Below, in pieces: positions 9,475-17,654 of a DNA stretch of 49,115 nt; positions within the stretch are counted from its first letter, which is position 1; each line of letters starts with the position of its first letter. The notes under the pieces are model-generated. The model saw only the letters and a program-made list of their open reading frames with translations. It did not search any database and was not told where the DNA came from. Origin of the DNA: Gemmatimonadota bacterium (GTDB lineage: Bacteria; Latescibacterota; UBA2968; UBA8231); assembly GCA_038128265.1 (NCBI GenBank), contig JAYPJE010000020.1:23677-72791 (forward strand), written 5' to 3'. Made by a program: the position numbers and the translations under genes.

Positions 9475-9792
9475 ATGTCACAGAGTCAGAGTGCCGTAGT
9501 CAGCATTTTCGGCAAGAGCTATACCCTCTCGACGGAGGGACACGACGTGGAATACATGCGCCAGGTTGCTCATATAGTTGACAGCCACATGCGCGAAGTA
9601 GAAGGCGATAGCTACCAATCTCCTCTGCAGGTGGCCGTCATTGCGGGCCTCAACCTCATTGACGAGCTCTTCAAACTGCAGGCGGACTACCAATCCGCCG
9701 AATCGGAAATCGAAACGCGCACTTCTCGCCTGACGGCATCGCTCGGACGCATTTTTGAAGAAGTAGATGCCGCCGATCCTTCGGATAGCTAG
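9475..9792 (+). CDS. zapA: Cell division protein ZapA
   Basis: VSIFGKSY...VDSHMREV...VAVIAGLNLIDELF, plus gene context. Confidence 0.88.
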   Translation: MSQSQSAVVSIFGKSYTLSTEGHDVEYMRQVAHIVDSHMREVEGDSYQSPLQVAVIAGLNLIDELFKLQADYQSAESEIETRTSRLTASLGRIFEEVDAADPSDS

Positions 9793-9866
9793 GGTGCGAC
9801 CAGCGATTTGTACACTTTAACGGAGCGCTGCGCGCGCGCGGTTCTCCGCACTAATGGAGCCATTCC

Positions 9867-11432
9867 GTGGATGAAACCGTCCTCTGGATTGCATTCGTCT
9901 TAGCTGCTCTCACCTGCGGTGTTCTCGTCGGGTGGTTTTCCTGCGCCTACGCGCGCGGCAAGCGGTTGAGCGAAGTGCAGGCCCGAGCGAGCAAAATCAT
10001 AGACGAGGCCCGGCACGAGGCCGAAGCAGTCAAGAAAACTGCCCTATTGGAAGCAAGAGACGAGTGGCGGCAGGAACACGAACCGCTGGAAAGGGAGCTG
10101 GAGACGCGTAAGCGCGCACAGGCCCAAGTCGAGAGCAAACTCGCCGAGCGGGAGCAGCAGCTCGACCGCAAATTCGACATCCTCGATGGCAAAGAGCGCA
10201 GTCTGCTCAAAACCGAAAGCGAACTAGAGCAGCGCGGTGTCGAACTAACAAATGCCGAAGCAAGCGTGCGCGACTTGGTACAGCAGCAGCGCAAACGCCT
10301 AGAGGAATCGGCCGGCTTAACCCTGTCCGAAGCGCGGCAAATGCTCATCGCTCAGCTCGAACAGAGCGCGCGCCAATCCGCGGCGCGCAAGGTGCGTGAG
10401 ATCAAAGATCACGCCATGGCCAATGCCAGCCTAGAGGCCAAGGAAATCATCACCCGCGCCATTCAGCGCTTTGCCGGCGACCTCGTCGTCGAGAGCTCCG
10501 TCTCCGTCGTATCGCTGCCTTCAGACGATATGAAAGGGCGCATTATCGGCCGCGACGGACGCAATATCCGCTCGTTTGAAATGGTTACCGGCGTCGAAGT
10601 TATCGTCGATGACACACCGGGCATCGTCATGCTATCCGGCTTTGCTCCCCTGCGGCGAGAAGTGGCCAAGGGCACGCTGGAAAAGCTTGTTCTCGACGGA
10701 CGCATCCATCCGGGCCGCATCGAAGAAGTCTACGAAAAGGTGCTGCAGGAAGTCGAGGAAATGGTGCGCGAGTCCGGATCAAAAGCCGCCTTCGACCTGG
10801 GTATCCACGACATGGCAGACCCCCTGCTTGAACTGCTCGGCAAACTGCGCTTTCACACCAGTTACGGACAAAACTTGCTGGCACACAGCAAAGAAGTTGG
10901 CCTGCTGGCCGGCATGATGGCCGAAGCACTCGAACTCGATGTAACGCTCGCCCGCCGCGCGGGTCTGCTGCACGACATCGGCAAGGTCCTCGGGTTTGAA
11001 CAGGGCAACGATCCCACGCAGTCGGGCGCCGCGCTGGCGCGCAAGTGCGGCGAGGCCCCCGAAGTAGTCCAGGTCATTGAAACACACGCAAAAAACTCGC
11101 CTTCGCGCTCGACCATTGCCGCCCTGGTCGATGCCGCCAACGAGCTGTCTATCAACCGCCCCGGCGCGCGCAAGGACAAGGTCGAGGAATATACCCAACG
11201 CCTGCACCACATCGAAGAAATAGCCTCGGCGCAGATGGGCGTTCGCAAAGCATTTGCTCTGCAAAACGGCAAAGAAATTCGCGTGCTGGTCGACAGCGAG
11301 GTCGTCGACGATACCTATGCAGAGCAGCTTGCCGACGAAATCGTCGAAAAGCTAGAGGCGGAACTCGACCATGCGGGTCAGATACGCGTCTGTCTGGTCC
11401 GCGAGGTGCGCGCCGTCCACTACGCGCGCTAA
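9867..11432 (+). CDS. rny: Ribonuclease Y (HD-domain metal ligands partly substituted)
   Basis: N-terminal TM helix, coiled coil, KH motif MKGRIIGRDGRNIR, DGRIHP, LLHDIGK, RPGAR; upstream of ymdB. Confidence 0.93.
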   Translation: MDETVLWIAFVLAALTCGVLVGWFSCAYARGKRLSEVQARASKIIDEARHEAEAVKKTALLEARDEWRQEHEPLERELETRKRAQAQVESKLAEREQQLDRKFDILDGKERSLLKTESELEQRGVELTNAEASVRDLVQQQRKRLEESAGLTLSEARQMLIAQLEQSARQSAARKVREIKDHAMANASLEAKEIITRAIQRFAGDLVVESSVSVVSLPSDDMKGRIIGRDGRNIRSFEMVTGVEVIVDDTPGIVMLSGFAPLRREVAKGTLEKLVLDGRIHPGRIEEVYEKVLQEVEEMVRESGSKAAFDLGIHDMADPLLELLGKLRFHTSYGQNLLAHSKEVGLLAGMMAEALELDVTLARRAGLLHDIGKVLGFEQGNDPTQSGAALARKCGEAPEVVQVIETHAKNSPSRSTIAALVDAANELSINRPGARKDKVEEYTQRLHHIEEIASAQMGVRKAFALQNGKEIRVLVDSEVVDDTYAEQLADEIVEKLEAELDHAGQIRVCLVREVRAVHYAR

Positions 11433-11436
11433 GCCT

Positions 11437-12225
11437 ATGCGAATCCTCTTTACCGCCGATATCTTTGCCCAGGCGGGACGGCGCATGGCATCCATTCACA
11501 TTCCCGCCCTGCTGCGCGAGCGCTCGGTGGATCTCGTCATCGCCAACGGCGAGAACGCCGCCGGCGGTTTTGGCCTGACCGACAATCTCGTGCACAAGCT
11601 GCACAGCTACGGCGTCGACGTGATCACCAGCGGTAACCACATATGGGATCGCAAAGAATTCGTTCCGCAGCTCGACCGCGGCGATCGCGTTCTCCGCCCC
11701 TTTAACTACCCGCCGGGCGCACCGGGCCGCGGTTCAACCATTGCAGAGTCTCGAAGCGGCCATAAGGTGGCCGTGCTCTGCCTGCAGGGCCGCACCTCCA
11801 TGCCCAGCATAGACTGCCCTTTTCGCTTAGGGCGGGCCGAGGCCGAACGCCTGCGCGAACAGACACCCATTGTCTTTGTCGATTTCCACGCCGAAGCGAC
11901 GGCCGAGAAAATGGCGCTCGGCTGGCACCTAGACGGCACCATTTCCGCGCTGATCGGCACCCACACCCACGTGCAAACAGCCGACGAACGCATTTTGCCA
12001 AAGGGCACGGCTTATCTAACCGACGCCGGCATGACCGGCCCACACGATTCGGTCATCGGCGTGCAGCCCGAGCAGGCCATACGCCGCTTTCTCACCCAGG
12101 TACCGACGCGTTTTAAGCCAGCCGAAGACGGCGCGCGCTTTTGCGGAGCGCTAGTGGACATAGACCCTACCAGCGGCAGGGCGACGCATATCGAGCGCCT
12201 GCAAATCTGCGAGGAGCAGACTTGA
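11437..12225 (+). CDS. ymdB: YmdB/TIGR00282 metallophosphoesterase
   Basis: IANGENAAGG, TSGNHIWD, DFHAEATAEK, GTHTHVQTAD; start set at ATG 11437. Confidence 0.94.
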   Translation: MRILFTADIFAQAGRRMASIHIPALLRERSVDLVIANGENAAGGFGLTDNLVHKLHSYGVDVITSGNHIWDRKEFVPQLDRGDRVLRPFNYPPGAPGRGSTIAESRSGHKVAVLCLQGRTSMPSIDCPFRLGRAEAERLREQTPIVFVDFHAEATAEKMALGWHLDGTISALIGTHTHVQTADERILPKGTAYLTDAGMTGPHDSVIGVQPEQAIRRFLTQVPTRFKPAEDGARFCGALVDIDPTSGRATHIERLQICEEQT

Positions 12226-12250
12226 CCCGATAGGCCGAGCGCGCTATTCT
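12222..12250 (+). promoter_or_regulatory. Internal sigma70-type promoter immediately upstream of xseA
   Basis: TTGACC (12222-12227), 17 nt, TATTCT (12245-12250); ATG at 12260. Confidence 0.5.
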
Positions 12251-12259
12251 GTTCACCCT

Positions 12260-13498
12260 ATGTCAGAACACGATCTCTTTGCCGATGAAGTCGGTGGGGA
12301 AGCCGCTCGTCCACTCAGCGTCTCCGAACTCACCGGCCAGATTAAATCTCTCCTGGAAACAGAGCTGGAATCGCGTTGGGTGTTGGGTGAAATATCCCAG
12401 TACACCCTGCACGGATCGGGCCATCGCTACTTCACGCTCAAAGACGAGCACAGCCAGCTCAGCGCCGTCATGTTTAAATGGCAGTCGCGCGGCCTGTCCT
12501 TTGAACCCGAATCCGGCATGCAGGTGCTCGTCTATGGCCACGTCTCCGTATACGAGCCGCGTGGCACCTATCAGTTTTACGCTGCACGCATACAGCCGGC
12601 AGGCGTCGGTGAGCTGGCGCTAGCCTTTGAGCAGCTCAAAAGCAGGCTGGCTGCAGAGGGCCTGTTTGACGAGGAGCGCAAGCGCGCACTGCCACCTTTT
12701 CCACGGCGCGTCGGCGTTGTCACATCCCCGACGGGAGCGGCCATCCGCGATATCGCACAGGTCATGCAGCGCCGCGCTCCCGGCATACAAATCGTCCTGG
12801 CACCAGCGCGTGTGCAGGGCCAAGGGGCAGCCGAAGAGGTTGCACGCGGCATCGAGTCGCTCAATCGCTACGCCGAAGTTGATATCATCATCGTCGGCCG
12901 CGGCGGCGGTGCACCAGAGGACCTCTGGTGCTTCAACGAAGAGCCGGTTGCGCGCGCCATCTACGCATCGCCGATACCCATTATTTCCGCCGTTGGACAC
13001 GAGGTCGACTTTTCGATATCCGACTACGTCGCCGACTACCGCGCTCCGACACCTTCAGCCGCAGCAGAGGTCGTAGCCGCCGAGCACGCGGCACTCAAAG
13101 AACGCGTCGGCGAACGGCGACAGCGCCTTATTTCTTCTATGCAGGGACACATCGAACGGCGCAGCGAAGCACAGCGCCACCTCGACCCACGGCGCGTGCT
13201 GCTACGCGCGCGGGATCGCATAGAGCAGAACAGCCAGTATCTCGACGAGCGCCGCAAGGACCTAGCCACTGCGTTCGACTGGTACGCCAGGCGGCGCATG
13301 GAGGCCTTTGGCAGCGCGCTAACGCGCCTGGAAGACCTTAGTCCGCTCAAGGGACTGGCGCGCGGCTTCTCCCTAGCCGAAACTGCGGCGAGCGGACAAC
13401 TCATCAAAGACGCCAATGAACTGCAACCGGGCGATAGGATACGGGTGCGATTTCAGCGCGGCAGCGCCACCTGCAGCGTAGAGGATATTGAGCAATGA
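12260..13498 (+). CDS. xseA: Exodeoxyribonuclease VII large subunit
   Basis: SGHRYFTLKD, VVTSPTGAAIRD, GRGGG, SAVGHEVD, RAPTPSAAAE. Confidence 0.97.
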   Translation: MSEHDLFADEVGGEAARPLSVSELTGQIKSLLETELESRWVLGEISQYTLHGSGHRYFTLKDEHSQLSAVMFKWQSRGLSFEPESGMQVLVYGHVSVYEPRGTYQFYAARIQPAGVGELALAFEQLKSRLAAEGLFDEERKRALPPFPRRVGVVTSPTGAAIRDIAQVMQRRAPGIQIVLAPARVQGQGAAEEVARGIESLNRYAEVDIIIVGRGGGAPEDLWCFNEEPVARAIYASPIPIISAVGHEVDFSISDYVADYRAPTPSAAAEVVAAEHAALKERVGERRQRLISSMQGHIERRSEAQRHLDPRRVLLRARDRIEQNSQYLDERRKDLATAFDWYARRRMEAFGSALTRLEDLSPLKGLARGFSLAETAASGQLIKDANELQPGDRIRVRFQRGSATCSVEDIEQ

Positions 13499-13731
13499 GC
13501 GAACCTACTTCATTTGAGGAAGCACTCGAGCGACTCGAAGAAAGCGTCGAACAGCTCGAAACGGGCGACTTAAAATTGGAACAAGCACTGGCGACCTTTG
13601 AAAAGGGCATTGCCGCCTCGCGCGCCTGCAGTCAGTGGTTGGACCAGGCGCGCAAGCGCGTTCAGGTGCTCATGGAGGAAGGCGAAGAAGAATTCCGGCT
13701 GGATTTTCTCGACGCGGAAGAGGACGCCTAG
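13495..13731 (+). CDS. xseB: Exodeoxyribonuclease VII small subunit
   Basis: SFEEALERLEESVEQLE...LEQALATFEKG; ATGA overlap with xseA. Confidence 0.95.
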   Translation: MSEPTSFEEALERLEESVEQLETGDLKLEQALATFEKGIAASRACSQWLDQARKRVQVLMEEGEEEFRLDFLDAEEDA

Positions 13732-13741
13732 GCTATACGCC

Positions 13742-15436
13742 ATGCTGACCCGATTGTATATACGCGACTTTGCCCTTATCGAAGAGACCGAGATCGAGTT
13801 TGGCACCGGACTCAACGTTATCACCGGCGAAACGGGCGCGGGCAAGTCGATTATCCTCGGTGCGCTCTACTCCATACTCGGCGGGCCGGCCAGTGCCGAG
13901 CTCGTTCGCGAGGGCGCCGAACGGTGCGTCGTTGAAGGGCTGATGGAATTTGACCCCAACGGCGATTTGGCTGCCCGCCTGCGCCAGGTTGACGTCGAGT
14001 GCGACGAGGGACAGCTCTTTTTGCGCCGCGAGATTCTCGGCAACGGCCGTTCACGCGCCTACGTAAACGGCAGCGGCAGTCAGGTCAAAGTCCTGCGGCA
14101 AATAGGCTCGTTGCTCGTCGACTTACACGGACAGCACGAGCACCAATCGCTGCTCGAACCCCAGCTGCACATCGCCTACCTCGATGCCTTTGGCGGCTTA
14201 GAACAGCAGACGAGCGAACTGGCAGCGCTGTGGCGCGCCCTGCGCAGCAGCGAGGATGCCCTCGGTCAATTGCAAGACGAGCGCGACAAGCTGCAGGCAG
14301 ACGAAGAGCTCCGTGCATTTCAGCTAGCCGAAATACGCGATCTGGCTCCGCAGCCCGATGAGGAAGAAGTGCTGCAAACGGAACTGCAGGTGCTCGACAA
14401 CGCGCACAACCTAGTGCAGTTGGGCGAAGAAGTGCACGACCAGCTCTACCAGCGCGACGGATCGGTATACGAACAGCTCGGCCAAATTCGTCGGCGGCTC
14501 GACCGCATTGCAGAGATTGATCGGACGCTAGAGAAGCGCGCTGCCAGCCTTGAGGAAATAATCTATCTGGTGGAAGATCTCGCCAGCGCGCTGCGCACCT
14601 ACGGTCGCGGTCTCGAGAGCGACCCCATGCGCGCCGAGCAGGTGCGCGAACGCCTCGAAGCACTGCGCACGCTCAAGCGCAAGTACGGCTCTAGCTTAGC
14701 GGCCGTGCTGGCCCACGGCGCAGAATTGGAACGCAGCGAACATCAGGTCGCTGCACTCAGCGAGCGCATAGCCGAAGCCGAACGCACACGCGCTGCCGCA
14801 CACCAACGCTTTGTCGAAGCCTGCACCATACTCTCCGAAGGGCGAGAAGGCGCGGCGCGCGCGTTGGAAAAGGCCGTTGAGCACAGTCTGGCCGACCTCG
14901 GCATTGAGCACGGTGCCTTTGCCGTCCAGCTGGCAGATCGCGAGGATAGAGAAGGCCTCATAGAGCGCGACGGTCGCCGGCTCTACGCCGGTGAACGCGG
15001 CGTAGAACAGGTTTCATTCCATATTAGCACCAACCTTGGTGGCGCGCTGCGCCCCCTTGAACGCATTGCTTCCGGCGGCGAAGTTTCGCGCATTATGTTG
15101 GCGATCAAAGAGGCCATTGCAGAGCGCGACCTAATATCCGTTCTGGTTTTTGACGAAGTGGATACGGGTATTTCTGGACGCATTGCTGCAGCCGTTGGGC
15201 GCAAGCTGCAGGCCCTTGCCACATCGCATCAAACGGTTGTTATCACGCATCTGCCGCAGATTGCCAGCCTGGCCGACCACCACTTTTCCGTGCGCAAGGA
15301 AAAGGTTGGCGCAAGCACGATCACGCGCGTCCAGCGACTCGACCAGGAGGGACGCACAGAGGAAATTGCCTACCTATTGGCCGGCGAAACCGTCTCGGAG
15401 ACGGCGCGGCAGCACGCGCGCGAAATGATCCAATAA
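13742..15436 (+). CDS. recN: DNA repair protein RecN
   Basis: ITGETGAGKS, LHGQHEHQ, ASGGEVSR, FDEVDTG, ITHLPQIA; start set at ATG 13742. Confidence 0.96.
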   Translation: MLTRLYIRDFALIEETEIEFGTGLNVITGETGAGKSIILGALYSILGGPASAELVREGAERCVVEGLMEFDPNGDLAARLRQVDVECDEGQLFLRREILGNGRSRAYVNGSGSQVKVLRQIGSLLVDLHGQHEHQSLLEPQLHIAYLDAFGGLEQQTSELAALWRALRSSEDALGQLQDERDKLQADEELRAFQLAEIRDLAPQPDEEEVLQTELQVLDNAHNLVQLGEEVHDQLYQRDGSVYEQLGQIRRRLDRIAEIDRTLEKRAASLEEIIYLVEDLASALRTYGRGLESDPMRAEQVRERLEALRTLKRKYGSSLAAVLAHGAELERSEHQVAALSERIAEAERTRAAAHQRFVEACTILSEGREGAARALEKAVEHSLADLGIEHGAFAVQLADREDREGLIERDGRRLYAGERGVEQVSFHISTNLGGALRPLERIASGGEVSRIMLAIKEAIAERDLISVLVFDEVDTGISGRIAAAVGRKLQALATSHQTVVITHLPQIASLADHHFSVRKEKVGASTITRVQRLDQEGRTEEIAYLLAGETVSETARQHAREMIQ

Positions 15437-15437
15437 C

Positions 15438-15974
15438 ATGTTAGCCAATATATTGAGCCTGTCGCGCATAGCGCTGGCCTTTCCCCTGCTCTACAGCCTG
15501 CGACGGGGTGACGATATGACCGCTACCACCGTTGCACTGCTGCTACTAGCCGCCGCCACCGATCTAGGCGATGGGTTTGTCGCGCGCCGTTTGGGCCAGG
15601 TATCGCGCACGGGCAAAATGCTCGATCCCCTTTCCGACAAGGTCTTTCTCACCTGTCTGTTGGGCGGCCTAGTCGTCTGGGGTGATTTTCCCGCCTGGCT
15701 GTTGGCTATGCTACTGCTGCGCGACCTCGTCATCGTCGCCGCCGGCACCTATCTGCTGCGCTCGCGTGGATTTGTTATCGCCGCAAATCGCTGGGGCAAG
15801 TCCACCACTGCCTGTATGGGATTTACTACACTTAGCTTTGTCGTGCACGCCCCATCGCTGTTAAGCGATATACTCGTGGCGGCATCTGCGGCACTCGTCG
15901 TCGTTTCGAGCGTCGTCTATGCGCGCGCATTTCGCCACGTTCTCAGCGGCATGGACGCCGCCGACATCTACTAA
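15438..15974 (+). CDS. CDP-alcohol phosphatidyltransferase (PgsA-like)
   Basis: ANILSLSR and the family signature DLGDGFVARRLGQVSRTGKMLDPLSDK. Confidence 0.88.
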   Translation: MLANILSLSRIALAFPLLYSLRRGDDMTATTVALLLLAAATDLGDGFVARRLGQVSRTGKMLDPLSDKVFLTCLLGGLVVWGDFPAWLLAMLLLRDLVIVAAGTYLLRSRGFVIAANRWGKSTTACMGFTTLSFVVHAPSLLSDILVAASAALVVVSSVVYARAFRHVLSGMDAADIY

Positions 15975-16011
15975 AAAACGGGGCGACCGTGCACCGTGGC
16001 ACGGCCGCCCC
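15973..16011 (-). terminator. Intrinsic terminator between convergent genes
   Basis: ggggcgaccgtgc / gcacggccgcccc stem; an A6 tract on the + strand reads as a U-tract for the minus-strand operon. Confidence 0.7.
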
Positions 16012-16051
16012 ACACTCTTGTGAGCGAACAGTTCAGTCTATCCGTGCAGAG

Positions 16052-16774
16052 CTAGTTTTCGACGCCCTGCTCAGGCTCCGCCAACGCCTGTAGGCGCTCT
16101 TGCGCGTGTGCGCTATACTCCTGCTGCGCGCCAAATTGTTCGAGATACTGATGCCAGACAAGCGCTTCGGCCTCGCCATCGCCGCGGGTCTGGTACAAAC
16201 TCCCTAAATTGATATAGGCCTCGGCAAAGTCGGCGCGTATGGCAATGGCCTGGCGCAGGAGGGTGGCCGCCTCTTCATCGCGCTCCAGCTCCTTGTACAC
16301 CTGTCCCAAATTGTTGTACGCCTGGAAAAATGCGCTGTCGGCCGCTATGGCCTGCTCATAGGCTGTAGCCGCCTTGTCGAGATTGCCCATTTTTTTGTGG
16401 ATATATCCCAAGTTGTTGTGCGCGGGGGCATTCGCCGGATCAAATAGGACGACCTGTTCGTAGGAGCGCACCGACTGCGCTAGCAGGCCGTCCTCATAGT
16501 AAATCTGTGCCAGTTGCAAATGGGCTTCGGGAAAGGCATCGTATAGCTCGATGCTGCGCTCGTACGCCGCCCGCGCCGAATCGACTAGGCCATACTGGTC
16601 AAACACCTGTCCAATCTGAAACTCGAGCAGCGGCGTGCCCGGGCGCTCTCGCAGCGCGTCGCGCAGCTGGGTCAACTCCGCCTGCATGCGTTCCACCCGT
16701 GGATCGGTCTTTCCCTCGTCTTCAGACGCACAGGCGACCGCTAAACAGGCGACTGCACACAGCGCAAACCTCAT
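16052..16774 (-). CDS. TPR-repeat lipoprotein
   Basis: MRFALCAVACLAVAC lipobox-like N-terminus; TPR units (AHNNLG, AYNNLG, AYINLG); ATGA overlap with the upstream gene. Confidence 0.82.
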   Translation of the reverse strand: MRFALCAVACLAVACASEDEGKTDPRVERMQAELTQLRDALRERPGTPLLEFQIGQVFDQYGLVDSARAAYERSIELYDAFPEAHLQLAQIYYEDGLLAQSVRSYEQVVLFDPANAPAHNNLGYIHKKMGNLDKAATAYEQAIAADSAFFQAYNNLGQVYKELERDEEAATLLRQAIAIRADFAEAYINLGSLYQTRGDGEAEALVWHQYLEQFGAQQEYSAHAQERLQALAEPEQGVEN

Positions 16775-17358
16775 AACGTATTCCCCACTCTCCAAAAAAC
16801 GCGCATGGCGTAGCGCCACCCGTACATGGCAAACGCATCGCGGCGCATAAATGGGCGCTCAAAACTGCGCGCCGTTATAAGCGTCTTGTAGCCGTTGAGA
16901 ACGCGAAAGGGAACAACGGCATTCTGCGGCTGCACCAGCCCCATCATACAGCCAAATTGCACGGGGATGGGTTCGCGCAAAATATGTCGATTGATGCCTT
17001 TGCGCTCTGGCACCACCATCTCGCTCTCGCCAATGACTTCGACAAACTCGCCCGACTCTTCGACCTGCACCATGATGAGCTTGATCGGGTCGAGCGATTC
17101 GGCATAGTATTCCCAGGCAAATACCTCGCCGCCCTGTGCCTCGGGGGGAAAGGTAAACTGGCGATCGATTATTACGAGTCCTTCGTAGTCACTCGTCGTA
17201 TCGGCCTGCGCCAGGTTGCGCACGCCCACGGTATCAACGCGCATACTCGCATCGGCGAAGAGCGCATCCCACTGGGGGTCTTGGGGCGGTGAAGCGCCAC
17301 CGCCGCAGCCTATAATACCAGCGCCAATCAAGCACAGCAACAGTCCGCTTCTGCTCAC
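16771..17358 (-). CDS. Hypothetical lipoprotein, beta-rich
   Basis: GTG at 17358 with GAGGTG SD gives MSRSGLLLCLIGAGIIGC, a lipobox-like signal; the stop overlaps the TPR gene start. Confidence 0.72.
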   Translation of the reverse strand: MSRSGLLLCLIGAGIIGCGGGASPPQDPQWDALFADASMRVDTVGVRNLAQADTTSDYEGLVIIDRQFTFPPEAQGGEVFAWEYYAESLDPIKLIMVQVEESGEFVEVIGESEMVVPERKGINRHILREPIPVQFGCMMGLVQPQNAVVPFRVLNGYKTLITARSFERPFMRRDAFAMYGWRYAMRVFWRVGNTL

Positions 17359-17510
17359 GCCCGCACCTCGTTCCGACGGGTTTGCTCCCAGTCGCGCCAG
17401 AATCGCTTGAACAGGCGATCGACCGCGCGTTCGTTCCACTCGTCTGCGCGCCTGCGCACCGCGCGCTGGCGCGGCGGATGGCACGTGTAGCTCGTTAGCT
17501 TGAGATGCAT
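17355..17510 (-). CDS. Small hypothetical protein, 51 aa (not in ORF track)
   Basis: MHLKLTSYTCHPPRQRAVRRRADEWNERAVDRLFKRFWRDWEQTRRNEVRA; its TGA overlaps the next GTG (GTGA). Confidence 0.5.
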   Translation of the reverse strand: MHLKLTSYTCHPPRQRAVRRRADEWNERAVDRLFKRFWRDWEQTRRNEVRA

Positions 17511-17516
17511 ATCCGT

Positions 17517-17633
17517 TTAATTGCACTGAATAAGGCGACGCCAGTACTCGTAGGCATTTTCCATGAGCCGGCGACGCGCGTGCATGCGAACCATGGCGAC
17601 CACTCTGAGCCGCAAAGCCGTTTTAATATCCAT
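17517..17633 (-). CDS. Small hypothetical protein, 38 aa (not in ORF track)
   Basis: MDIKTALRLRVVAMVRMHARRRLMENAYEYWRRLIQCN; GAAGGGG SD; stop is 6 nt before the next ATG. Confidence 0.5.
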   Translation of the reverse strand: MDIKTALRLRVVAMVRMHARRRLMENAYEYWRRLIQCN

Positions 17634-17654
17634 GTGCCATTGCCCCTTCCGCTA

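Noticed and set aside
17359..17526. N-terminal extension of ORF 16771-17526 in the track
   Set aside because: GTG 17358 has an SD and yields a lipoprotein signal; the upstream region is better explained by the small ORFs.
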